From Eledone cirrhosa (lineage: Eukaryota): DNA of 64,000 nucleotides. The stretch's first letter is position 1. Every line of letters starts with the position of its first letter. The translations under genes and the position numbers were made by a program. Shown piece after piece: positions 1 through 13,324 of this stretch. The notes beneath the pieces were generated by a model. It saw nothing but the letters and a program-made list of their open reading frames with translations. It was not told the DNA's origin and ran no database searches. The stretch is from NCBI GenBank assembly GCA_964016885.1, contig OZ024749.1, positions 18,042,001-18,106,000 on the forward strand. Reading direction: 5' to 3'.

Positions 1-25
1 TAATCTATTTTTTTTATACTTTTCG

Positions 26-59
26 AAATATTTCAAAAATTGATTTTTTTGAAATATTT
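26..59. repeat. 14-bp inverted repeat with a 6-nt loop in the core monomer (first instance; present in nearly every core)
   Basis: aaatatttcaaaaa (26-39), then ttgatt (40-45), then tttttgaaatattt (46-59). The arms are exact reverse complements. The left arm overlaps the perfect palindrome gaaatatttc (25-34). Confidence 0.95.
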
Positions 60-90
60 ACTTCTGATTTCAAAAACCTGAAATAATCTA

Positions 91-102
91 TTTTTCGAAA
101 AA
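91..102. repeat. 12-bp perfect palindrome TTTTTCGAAAAA of the 26-bp module (first instance)
   Basis: Read directly and is self-complementary. It recurs in almost every B module. Confidence 0.95.
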
Positions 103-1909
103 CCTAAAATAATCTATTTTTTTATACTTTTCGCAATATTTCAAAAATTGATTTTTTTTGAAATATTTACTTCTGATTTCAAAAACCTAAAATAATCTAT
201 TTTTCGAAAAACCTAAAATAATCTACTTTTTTATACTATTTTCGAAATATTTCAAAAATTGATTTTTTTTTAAATATTTACTTCTGATTTCAAAAACCTC
301 AAAATAATCTATTTTTTTATACTTTTCGAAATATTTCAAAAATTGATTTTTTTTGAAATATTTACTTCTAATTTCAAAAACCTCAAAATAATCTATTTTT
401 TTATACTTTTCGAAATATTTCAAAAATTGATTTTTTTGAAATATTTACTTCTGATTTCAAAAGCCTAAAATAATCTATTTTTCGAAAAACCCAAAATAAT
501 CTATTTTTTTATACTTTTCGAAATATTTCAAAAATTGATTTTTTTTTAAATATTTACTTCTGATTCCAAAAATCTAAAATAATCTATTTTTCGAAAAACC
601 TAAAGTAATCTATTTTTTTATACTTTTCGAAATATTTCAAAAATTGATTTTTTTGAAATATTTACTTCTGATTTCAAAAACCTAAAATAATCTATTTTTT
701 TATGCTTTTCGAAATATTTCAAAAATTGATTTTTTTTGAAATATTTACTTCTGATTCCAAAAATCTATTTTTCGAAAAACCTAAAATAATCTATTTTTTC
801 GACATATTTCAAAAATTGATTTTTTTGAAATATTTACTTCTAATTTCAAAAACCTAAAATAATGTATTTTTTTTATACTTTTCGAAATATTTCAAAAATT
901 GATTTTTTTGAAATATTTACTTCTGATTTCAAAAACCTAAAATAATCTATTTTTCGAAAAACCTAAAATAATATATTTTTTTATACTTTTCAAAATATTT
1001 CAAAAATTGATTTTTTTGAAATATTTACTTCTGATTTTAAAAACCTAAAATAATCTATTTTTTTATACTTTTCGAAATATTTCAAAAATTGATTTTTTTT
1101 CAAATATTTACTTCTGATTCCAAAAATCTAAAATAATCTATTTTTCGAAAAACCTAAAATAATCTATTTTTCGAAAAACCTAAAATAATTTTTTATACTT
1201 TTCGAAATATTTCAAAAATTGATTTTTTTTGAAATATTTACTTCTAATTTCGAAAACGTAAAATAATCTATTTTTCGAAAAACCTAAAATAATCTATTTT
1301 CTTATACTTTTCGAAATATTTCAAAAATTGATTTTTTTGAAATATTTACTTCTGATTTCAAAAACCTAAAATAATCTATTTTTCGAAAAACCTAAAATAA
1401 TCTATTTTTCGAAAAACCTAAAATAATATATTTTTTTATACTTTTCAAAATATTTCAAAAATTGATTTTTTTGAAATATTTACTTCTGATTTCAAAAACC
1501 TAAAATAATCTATTTTTCGAAAAACCTAAAATAATCTATTTTTCGAAAAACCCAAAATAATCTATTTTTTTATACTTTTCGAAATATTTCAAAAATTGAT
1601 TTTTTTTGAAATATTTACTTCTGATTTCAAAAACCTAAAATAATCTATTTTTTTATACTTTTCGAAATATTTCAAAAATTGATTTTTTTTTAAATATTTA
1701 CTTCTGATTCCAAAAATCTAAAATAATCTATTTTTCGAAAAACCTAAAGTAATCTATTTTTTTATACTTTTCGAAATATTTCAAAAATTGATTTTTTTGA
1801 AATATTTACTTCTGATTTCAAAAACCTAAAATAATCTATTTTTTTATGCTTTTCGAAATATTTCAAAAATTGATTTTTTTTGAAATATTTACTTCTGATT
1901 CCAAAAATC

Positions 1910-4900
1910 TATTTTTCGAAAAACCTAAAATAATCTATTTTTTCGACATATTTCAAAAATTGATTTTTTTGAAATATTTACTTCTAATTTCAAAAACCTA
2001 AAATAATGTATTTTTTTTATACTTTTCGAAATATTTCAAAAATTGATTTTTTTGAAATATTTACTTCTGATTTCAAAAACCTAAAATAATCTATTTTCGA
2101 AAAACCTAAAATAATATATTTTTTTATACTTTTCAAAATATTTCAAAAATTGATTTTTTTGAAATATTTACTTCTGATTTTAAAAACCTAAAATAATCTA
2201 TTTTTTTATACTTTTCGAAATATTTCAAAAATTGATTTTTTTTCAAATATTTACTTCTGATTCCAAAAATCTAAAATAATCTATTTTTCGAAAAACCTAA
2301 AATAATCTATTTTTCGAAAAACCTAAAATAATCTATTTTTTTTATACTTTTCGAAATATTTCAAAAATTGATTTTTTTTGAAATATTTACTTCTAATTTC
2401 GAAAACGTAAAATAATCTATTTTTCGAAAAACCTAAAATAATCTATTTTCTTATACTTTTCGAAATATTTCAAAAATTGATTTTTTTGAAATATTTACTT
2501 CTGATTTCAAAAACCTAAAATAATCTATTTTTCGAAAAACCTAAAATAATCTATTTTTCGAAAAACCTAAAATAATATATTTTTTTATACTTTTCAAAAT
2601 ATTTCAAAAATTGATTTTTTTGAAATATTTACTTCTGATTTCAAAAACCTAAAATAATCTATTTTTCGAAAAACCTAAAATAATCTATTTTTCGAAAAAC
2701 CTAAAATAATCTATTTTTTTATACTTTTCGAAATATTTCAAAAATTGATTTTTTTGAAATATTTACTTCTGATTCCAAAAATCTAAAATAATCTATTTTT
2801 CGAAAAACCTTAATTAATCTATTTTTTTATACTTTTCGAAATATTTCAAAAATTGATTTTTTTTGAAATATTTACTTCTGATTTCAAAAACCTAAAATAA
2901 TCTATTTTTCGAAAAACCCAAAATAATCTATTTTTTTATACTTTTCGAAATATTTCAAAAATTGATTTTTTTGAAATATTTACTTCTGATTTAAAAAACC
3001 TAAAATAATCTATTTTTTTATACTTTTCGAAATATTTCAAAAATTGATTTTTTTTTTAAATATTTACTTCTGATTTCAAAAACCTAAAATAATCTATTTT
3101 TCGAAAAACCTAAAATAATATATTTTTTTATACTTTTCAAAATATTTCAAAAATTGATTTTTTTGAAATATTTACTTCTGATTTTAAAAACCTAAAATAA
3201 TCTATTTTTTTATACTTTTCGAAATATTTCAAAAATTGATTTTTTTTCAAATATTTACTTCTGATTCCAAAAATCTAAAATAATCTATTTTTCGAAAAAC
3301 CTAAAATAATCTATTTTTCGAAAAACCTAAAATAATCTATTTTTTTTATACTTTTCGAAATATTTCAAAAATTGATTTTTTTTGAAATATTTACTTCTAA
3401 TTTCGAAAACGTAAAATAATCTATTTTTCGAAAAACCTAAAATAATCTATTTTCTTATACTTTTCGAAATATTTCAAAAATTGATTTTTTTGAAATATTT
3501 ACTTCTGATTTCAAAAACCTAAAATAATCTATTTTTCGAAAAACCTAAAATAATCTATTTTTCGAAAAACCTAAAATAATATATTTTTTTATACTTTTCA
3601 AAATATTTCAAAAATTGATTTTTTTGAAATATTTACTTCTGATTTCAAAAACCTAAAATAATCTATTTTTCGAAAAACCTAAAATAATCTATTTTTCGAA
3701 AAACCTAAAATAATCTATTTTTTTATACTTTTCGAAATATTTCAAAAATTGATTTTTTTGAAATATTTACTTCTGATTCCAAAAATCTAAAATAATCTAT
3801 TTTTCGAAAAACCTTAATTAATCTATTTTTTTATACTTTTCGAAATATTTCAAAAATTGATTTTTTTTGAAATATTTACTTCTGATTTCAAAAACCTAAA
3901 ATAATCTATTTTTTTATACTTTTCGAAATATTTCAAAAATTGATTTTTTTTTTAAATATTTACTTCTGATTCCAAAAATCTAAAATAATCTATTTTTCGA
4001 AAAACCTAAAATAATCTATTTTTCGAAAAACCTTAATTAATATATTTTTTTATACTTTTCGAAATATTTCAAAAATTGATTTTTTTGAAATATTTACTTC
4101 TGATTTCAAAAACCTAAAATAATCTATTTTTTTTATACTTTTCGAAATATTTCAAAAATTGATTTTTTTGAAATATTTACTTCTGATTTCAAAAACCTGA
4201 AATAATCTATTTTTCGAAAAACCTAAAATAATCTATTTTTTTATACTTTTCGCAATATTTCAAAAATTGATTTTTTTTGAAATATTTACTTCTGATTTCA
4301 AAAACCTAAAATAATCTATTTTTCGAAAAACCTAAAATAATCTATTTTTCGAAAAACCTTAATTAATCTATTTTTTTATACTTTTCGAAATATTTCAAAA
4401 ATTGATTTTTTTTGAAATATTTACTTCTGATTTCAAAAACCTAAAATAATCTATTTTTTTATACTTTTCGAAATATTTCAAAAATTGATTTTTTTTTAAA
4501 TATTTACTTCTGATTCCAAAAATCTAAAATAATCTATTTTTCGAAAAACCTAAAATAATCTATTTTTCGAAAAACCTAAAATAATATATTTTTTTATACT
4601 TTTCAAAATATTTCAAAAATTGATTTTTTTGAAATATTTACTTCTGATTTCAAAAACCTTAAATAATCTATTTTTCGAAAAACCTAAAATAATATATTTT
4701 TCGAAAAACCTAAAATAATCTATTTTTTCGACATATTTCAAAAATTGATTTTTTTGAAATATTTACTTCTAATTTCAAAAACCTAAAATAATGTATTTTT
4801 TTTATACTTTTCGAAATATTTCAAAAATTGATTTTTTTGAAATATTTACTTCTGATTTCAAAAACCTAAAATAATCTATTTTCGAAAAACCTAAAATAAT

Positions 4901-7513
4901 ATATTTTTTTATACTTTTCAAAATATTTCAAAAATTGATTTTTTTGAAATATTTACTTCTGATTTTAAAAACCTAAAATAATCTATTTTTTTATACTTTT
5001 CGAAATATTTCAAAAATTGATTTTTTTTCAAATATTTACTTCTGATTCCAAAAATCTAAAATAATCTATTTTTCGAAAAACCTAAAATAATCTATTTTTC
5101 GAAAAACCTAAAATAATCTATTTTTTTTATACTTTTCGAAATATTTCAAAAATTGATTTTTTTTGAAATATTTACTTCTAATTTCGAAAACGTAAAATAA
5201 TCTATTTTTCGAAAAACCTAAAATAATCTATTTTCTTATACTTTTCGAAATATTTCAAAAATTGATTTTTTTGAAATATTTACTTCTGATTTCAAAAACC
5301 TAAAATAATCTATTTTTCGAAAAACCTAAAATAATCTATTTTTCGAAAAACCTAAAATAATATATTTTTTTATACTTTTCAAAATATTTCAAAAATTGAT
5401 TTTTTTGAAATATTTACTTCTGATTTCAAAAACCTAAAATAATCTATTTTTCGAAAAACCTAAAATAATCTATTTTTCGAAAAACCTAAAATAATCTATT
5501 TTTTTATACTTTTCGAAATATTTCAAAAATTGATTTTTTTGAAATATTTACTTCTGATTCCAAAAATCTAAAATAATCTATTTTTCGAAAAACCTTAATT
5601 AATCTATTTTTTTATACTTTTCGAAATATTTCAAAAATTGATTTTTTTTGAAATATTTACTTCTGATTTCAAAAACCTAAAATAATCTATTTTTCGAAAA
5701 ACCCAAAATAATCTATTTTTTTATACTTTTCGAAATATTTCAAAAATTGATTTTTTTGAAATATTTACTTCTGATTTAAAAAACCTAAAATAATCTATTT
5801 TTTTATACTTTTCGAAATATTTCAAAAATTGATTTTTTTTTTAAATATTTACTTCTGATTTCAAAAACCTAAAATAATCTATTTTTCGAAAAACCTAAAA
5901 TAATATATTTTTTTATACTTTTCAAAATATTTCAAAAATTGATTTTTTTGAAATATTTACTTCTGATTTTAAAAACCTAAAATAATCTATTTTTTTATAC
6001 TTTTCGAAATATTTCAAAAATTGATTTTTTTTCAAATATTTACTTCTGATTCCAAAAATCTAAAATAATCTATTTTTCGAAAAACCTAAAATAATCTATT
6101 TTTCGAAAAACCTAAAATAATCTATTTTTTTTATACTTTTCGAAATATTTCAAAAATTGATTTTTTTTGAAATATTTACTTCTAATTTCGAAAACGTAAA
6201 ATAATCTATTTTTCGAAAAACCTAAAATAATCTATTTTCTTATACTTTTCGAAATATTTCAAAAATTGATTTTTTTGAAATATTTACTTCTGATTTCAAA
6301 AACCTAAAATAATCTATTTTTCGAAAAACCTAAAATAATCTATTTTTCGAAAAACCTAAAATAATATATTTTTTTATACTTTTCAAAATATTTCAAAAAT
6401 TGATTTTTTTGAAATATTTACTTCTGATTTCAAAAACCTAAAATAATCTATTTTTCGAAAAACCTAAAATAATCTATTTTTCGAAAAACCTAAAATAATC
6501 TATTTTTTTATACTTTTCGAAATATTTCAAAAATTGATTTTTTTGAAATATTTACTTCTGATTCCAAAAATCTAAAATAATCTATTTTTCGAAAAACCTT
6601 AATTAATCTATTTTTTTATACTTTTCGAAATATTTCAAAAATTGATTTTTTTTGAAATATTTACTTCTGATTTCAAAAACCTAAAATAATCTATTTTTTT
6701 ATACTTTTCGAAATATTTCAAAAATTGATTTTTTTTTTAAATATTTACTTCTGATTCCAAAAATCTAAAATAATCTATTTTTCGAAAAACCTAAAATAAT
6801 CTATTTTTCGAAAAACCTTAATTAATATATTTTTTTATACTTTTCGAAATATTTCAAAAATTGATTTTTTTGAAATATTTACTTCTGATTTCAAAAACCT
6901 AAAATAATCTATTTTTTTTATACTTTTCGAAATATTTCAAAAATTGATTTTTTTGAAATATTTACTTCTGATTTCAAAAACCTGAAATAATCTATTTTTC
7001 GAAAAACCTAAAATAATCTATTTTTTTATACTTTTCGCAATATTTCAAAAATTGATTTTTTTTGAAATATTTACTTCTGATTTCAAAAACCTAAAATAAT
7101 CTATTTTTCGAAAAACCTAAAATAATCTATTTTTCGAAAAACCTTAATTAATCTATTTTTTTATACTTTTCGAAATATTTCAAAAATTGATTTTTTTTGA
7201 AATATTTACTTCTGATTTCAAAAACCTAAAATAATCTATTTTTTTATACTTTTCGAAATATTTCAAAAATTGATTTTTTTTTAAATATTTACTTCTGATT
7301 CCAAAAATCTAAAATAATCTATTTTTCGAAAAACCTAAAATAATCTATTTTTCGAAAAACCTAAAATAATATATTTTTTTATACTTTTCAAAATATTTCA
7401 AAAATTGATTTTTTTGAAATATTTACTTCTGATTTCAAAAACCTTAAATAATCTATTTTTCGAAAAACCTAAAATAATATATTTTTCGAAAAACCTAAAA
7501 TAATCTATTTTTT
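1910..7513. repeat. Tandem higher-order duplication, period 2785 bp (1910-4728 / 4695-7513)
   Basis: Marker variants lie at a constant 2785 offset: cgacat 1947/4732, T4 ctattttcga 2091/4876, cgcaat 4251/7036, ccttaaat 4657/7442. Confidence 0.9.
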
Positions 7514-8202
7514 AATACTTTTCGAAATATTTCAAAAATTGATTTTTTTGAAATATTTACTTCTGATTTCGAAAACGTAAAATAATCTATTTTTCGAAAA
7601 ACCTAAAATAATCTATTTTTTTATACTTTTCGAAATATTTCAAAAATTGATTTTTTTGAAATATTTACTTCTGATTTCAAAAACCTAAAATAATCTATTT
7701 TTTTATACTTTTCGAAATATTTCTAAAATTGATTTTTTTGAAATATTTACTTCTGATTTCAAAAACCTAAAATAATCTATTTTTCGAAAAACCTAAAATA
7801 ATATATTTTTTTATACTTTTCAAAATATTTCAAAAATTGATTTTTTTGAAATATTTACTTCTGATTTTAAAAACCTAAAATAATCTATTTTTTTATACTT
7901 TTCGAAATATTTCAAAAATTGATTTTTTTTCAAATATTTACTTCTGATTCCAAAAATCTAAAATAATCTATTTTTCGAAAAACCTAAAATAATCTATTTT
8001 TCGAAAGACCTAAAATAATCTATTTTTTTTATACTTTTCGAAATATTTCAAAAATTGATTTTTTTTGAAATATTTACTTCTGATTTCGAAAACGTAAAAT
8101 AATCTATTTTTCGAAAAACCTAAAATAATCTATTTTTTTGTACTTTTCGAAATATTTCAAAAATTGATTTTTTTTGAAATATTTACTTCTGATTTCAAAA
8201 AC

Positions 8203-11200
8203 CTAAAATAATCTATTTTTCGAAAAACCTAAAATAATCTATTTTTCGAAAAACCTTAATTAATCTATTTTTTTATACTTTTCGAAATATTTCAAAAATT
8301 GATTTTTTTGAAATATTTACTTCTGATTTCAAAAGCCTAAAATAATCTATTTTTCGAAAAACCCAAAATAATCTATTTTTTTATACTTTTCGAAATATTT
8401 CAAAAATTGATTTTTTTTGAAATATTTACTTCTGATTTCAAAAACCTAAAATAATCTATTTTTTTATACTTTTCGAAATATTTCAAAAATTGATTTTTTT
8501 TTAAATATTTACTTCTGATTCCAAAAATCTAAAATAATCTATTTTTCGAAAAACCTAAAGTAATCTATTTTTTTATACTTTTCGAAATATTTCAAAAATT
8601 GATTTTTTTGAAATATTTACTTCTGATTTCAAAAACCTAAAATAATCTATTTTTTTATGCTTTTCGAAATATTTCAAAAATTGATTTTTTTGAAATATTT
8701 ACTTCTGATTTCAAAAACCTAAAATAATCTATTTATTTATACTTTTCGAAATATTTCAAAGATTGATTTTTTTTGAAATATTTACTTCTGATTCCAAAAA
8801 TCTATTTCTTCGAAAAACCTAAAATAATCTATTTTTTCGACATATTTCAAAAATTGATTTTTTTGAAATATTTACTTCTAATTTCAAAAACCTAAAATAA
8901 TGTATTTTTTTTATACTTTTCGAAATATTTCAAAAATTGATTTTTTTGAAATATTTACTTCTGATTTCAAAAACCTAAAATAATCTATTTTTCGAAAAAC
9001 CTAAAATAATATATTTTTTTATACTTTTCAAAATATTTCAAAAATTGATTTTTTTGAAATATTTACTTCTGATTTTAAAAACCTAAAATAATCTATTTTT
9101 TTATACTTTTCGAAATATTTCAAAAATTGATTTTTTTTCAAATATTTACTTCTGATTCCAAAAATCTAAAATAATCTATTTTTCGAAAAACCTAAAATAA
9201 TCTATTTTTTTTATACTTTTCGAAATATTTCAAAAATTGATTTTTTTTGAAATATTTACTTCTAATTTCGAAAACGTAAAATAATCTATTTTTCGAAAAA
9301 CCTAAAATAATCTATTTTCTTATACTTTTCGAAATATTTCAAAAATTGATTTTTTTGAAATATTTACTTCTGATTTCAAAAACCTAAAATAATCTATTTT
9401 TCGAAAAACCTAAAATAATCTATTTTTCGAAAAACCTAAAATAATCTATTTTTTTATACTTTTCGAAATATTTCAAAAATTGATTTTTTTGAAATATTTA
9501 CTTCTGATTCCAAAAATCTAAAATAATCTATTTTTCGAAAAACCTTAATTAACCTATTTTTTTATACTTTTCGAAATATTTCAAAAATTGATTTTTTTTG
9601 AAATATTTACTTCTGATTTCAAAAACCTAAAATAATCTATTTTTCGAAAAACCCAAAATAATCTATTTTTTTATACTTTTCGAAATATTTCAAAAATTGA
9701 TTTTTTTGAAATATTTACTTCTGATTTAAAAAACCTAAAATAATCTATTTTTTTATACTTTTCGAAATATTTCAAAAATTGATTTTTTTTTTAAATATTT
9801 ACTTCTGATTCCAAAAATCTAAAATAATCTATTTTTCGAAAAACCTAAAATAATCTATTTTTCGAAAAACCTTAATTAATATATTTTTTTATACTTTTCG
9901 AAATATTTCAAAAATTGATTTTTTTGAAATATTTACTTCTGATTTCAAAAACCTAAAATAATCTATTTTTTTTATACTTTTCGAAATATTTCAAAAATTG
10001 ATTTTTTTGAAATATTTACTTCTGATTTCAAAAACCTGAAATAATCTATTTTTCGAAAAACCTAAAATAATCTATTTTTTTATACTTTTCGAAATATTTC
10101 AAAAATTGATTTTTTTGAAATATTTACTTCTGATTTCAAAAACCTAAAATAATCTATTTTTTTTATACTTTTCGAAATATTTCAAAAATTGATTTTTTTG
10201 AAATATTTACTTCTGATTTCAAAAACCTGAAATAATCTATTTTTCGAAAAACCTAAAATAATCTATTTTTTTATACTTTTCGCAATATTTCAAAAATTGA
10301 TTTTTTTTGAAATATTTACTTCTGATTTCAAAAACCTAAAATAATCTATTTTTCGAAAAACCTAAAATAATCTATTTTTCGAAAAACCTTAATTAATCTA
10401 TTTTTTTATACTTTTCGAAATATTTCAAAAATTGATTTTTTTTGAAATATTTACTTCTGATTTCAAAAACCTAAAATAATCTATTTTTCGAAAAACCCAA
10501 AATAATCTATTTTTTTATACTTTTCGAAATATTTCAAAAATTGATTTTTTTTGAAATATTTACTTCTGATTTCAAAAACCTAAAATAATCTATTTTTTTA
10601 TACTTTTCGAAATATTTCAAAAATTGATTTTTTTTTAAATATTTACTTCTGATTCCAAAAATCTAAAATAATCTATTTTTCGAAAAACCTAAAATAATCT
10701 ATTTTTCGAAAAACCTAAAATAATATATTTTTTTATACTTTTCAAAATATTTCAAAAATTGATTTTTTTGAAATATTTACTTCTGATTTCAAAAACCTAA
10801 AATAATCTATTTTTCGAAAAACCTAAAATAATATATTTTTCGAAAAACCTAAAATAATCTATTTTTTAATACTTTTCGAAATATTTCAAAAATTGATTTT
10901 TTTGAAATATTTACTTCTGATTTCGAAAACGTAAAATAATCTATTTTTCGAAAAACCTAAAATAATCTATTTTTTTATACTTTTCGAAATATTTCAAAAA
11001 TTGATTTTTTTGAAATATTTACTTCTGATTTCAAAAACCTAAAATAATCTATTTTTTTATACTTTTCGAAATATTTCTAAAATTGATTTTTTTGAAATAT
11101 TTACTTCTAATTTCAAAAACCTAAAATAATCTATTTTTCGAAAAACCTAAAATAATATATTTTTTTATACTTTTCAAAATATTTCAAAAATTGATTTTTT

Positions 11201-13324
11201 TGAAATATTTACTTCTGATTTTAAAAACCTAAAATAATCTATTTTTTTATACTTTTCGAAATATTTCAAAAATTGATTTTTTTTCAAATATTTACTTCTG
11301 ATTCCAAAAATCTAAAATAATCTATTTTTCGAAAAACCTAAAATAATCTATTTTTCGAAAAACCTAAAATAATCTATTTTTTTTATACTTTTCGAAATAT
11401 TTCAAAAATTGATTTTTTTTGAAATATTTACTTCTGATTTCGAAAACGTAAAATAATCTATTTTTCGAAAAACCTAAAATAATCTATTTTTTTGTACTTT
11501 TCGAAATATTTCAAAAATTGATTTTTTTTGAAATATTTAATTCTGATTTCAAAAACCTAAAATAATCTATTTTTCGAAAAACCTAAAATAATCTATTTTT
11601 CGAAAAACCTAAAATAATCTATTTTTTTGTACTTTTCGAAATATTTCAAAAATTGATTTTTTTTGAAATATTTACTTCTGATTTCAAAAACCTAAAATAA
11701 TCTATTTTTCGAAAAACCTAAAATAATCTATTTTTCGAAAAACCTTAATTAATCTATTTTTTTATACTTTTCGAAATATTTCAAAAATTGATTTTTTTGA
11801 AATATTTACTTCTGATTTCAAAAACCTAAATTAATCTATTTTTCGAAAAACCTAAAATAATCTAATTTTTTGTACTTTTCGAAATATTTCAAAAATTGAT
11901 TTTTTTTGAAATATTTACTTCTGATTTCAAAAACCTAAAATAATCTATTTTTCGAAAAACCTAAAATAATCTATTTTTCGAAAGACCTAAAATAATCTAT
12001 TTTTTTATACTTTTCAAAATATTTCAAAAATTGATTTTTTTGAAATATTTACTTCTGATTTCAAAAACCTAAAATAATCTATTTTTTTTATACTTTTCGA
12101 AATATTTCAAAAATTGATTTTTTTGAAATATTTACTTCTGATTTCAAAAACCTGAAATAATCTATTTTTCGAAAAACCTAAAATAATCTATTTTTTTATA
12201 CTTTTCGCAATATTTCAAAAATTGATTTTTTTTGAAATATTTACTTCTGATTTCAAAAACCTAAAATAATCTATTTTTCGAAAGACCTAAAATAATCTAT
12301 TTTTTTATACTTTTCGCAATATTTCAAAAATTGATTTTTTTTGAAATATTTACTTCTGATTTCAAAAACCTCAAAATAATCTATTTTTTTATACTTTTCG
12401 AAATATTTCAAAAATTGATTTTTTTTGAAATATTTACTTCTAATTTCAAAAACCTCAAAATAATCTATTTTTTTATACTTTTCGAAATATTTCAAAAATT
12501 GATTTTTTTGAAATATTTACTTCTGATTTCAAAAGCCTAAAATAATCTATTTTTCGAAAAACCCAAAATAATCTATTTTTTTATACTTTTCGAAATATTT
12601 CAAAAATTGATTTTTTTTGAAATATTTACTTCTGATTTCAAAAACCTAAAATAATCTATTTTTTTATACTTTTCGAAATATTTCAAAAATTGATTTTTTT
12701 TTAAATATTTACTTCTGATTCCAAAAATCTAAAATAATCTATTTTTCGAAAAACCTAAAGTAATCTATTTTTTTATACTTTTCGAAATATTTCAAAAATT
12801 GATTTTTTTGAAATATTTACTTCTGATTTCAAAAACCTAAAATAATCTATTTTTTTATGCTTTTCGAAATATTTCAAAAATTGATTTTTTTTGTAATATT
12901 TACTTCTGATTTCAAAAACCTAAAATAGTCTATTTTTCGAAAAACCTAAAATAATCTATTTTTTTTATACTTTTCGAAATATTTCAAAAATTGATTTTTT
13001 TGAAATATTTACTTCTGATTTCAAAAACCTAAAATAATCTATTTATTTATACTTTTCGAAATATTTCAAAAATTGATTTTTTTTGAAATATTTACTTCTG
13101 ATTCCAAAAATCTATTTTTTGAAAAACCTAAAATAATCTATTTTTTCGACATATTTCAAAAATTGATTTTTTTGAAATATTTACTTCTAATTTCAAAAAC
13201 CTAAAATGTATTTTTTTTATACTTTTCGAAATATTTCAAAAATTGATTTTTTTGAAATATTTACTTCTGATTTCAAAAACCTAAAATAATCTATTTTTCG
13301 AAAAACCTAAAATAATATATTTTT
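8203..13324. repeat. ~5.1-kb higher-order block, copy also at 28403-33524 (offset 20200)
   Basis: Markers: aaagcc 8335/28535, tttaattct 11540/31740, identical ORF pair 12271/32471, ctaaaatgta 13201/33401. The copies diverge at 13325/33525. Confidence 0.9.

Noticed and set aside
26-59. Intrinsic terminator, MITE terminal inverted repeat or operator site
   Set aside because: The stem is almost all A/T, there is no adjacent gene, no target-site duplication and no internal element body. It is part of the tandem monomer.
21-60. Heat-shock-element-like GAA/TTC words
   Set aside because: Spacings are 0 (TTCGAA) or 4 (GAAatatTTC), not the canonical 2-bp nGAAnnTTCn arrangement.
223-423. 66-aa minus-strand ORF with 28-aa repeats (also 18466-18666)
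   Set aside because: It is a translation of the satellite with a TTG start. It is open only because a cct(c)aaaa insertion removes the TAG stop and makes an 84-bp in-frame monomer. It has no gene context.
1181-1200. Private 6-bp deletion (aaaataat-ttttt-atac) and assorted single poly-T length differences
   Set aside because: Isolated indels next to homopolymers cannot be distinguished from sequencing or consensus error without reads.
12271-12540. Overlapping 74-aa (-) and 69-aa (+) ORFs (also at 32471-32740 and 58869-59138)
   Set aside because: Same cctcaaaa monomer variant and non-ATG starts. Identity among copies reflects block duplication, and the fourth copy at ~27300 is frameshifted by one T.
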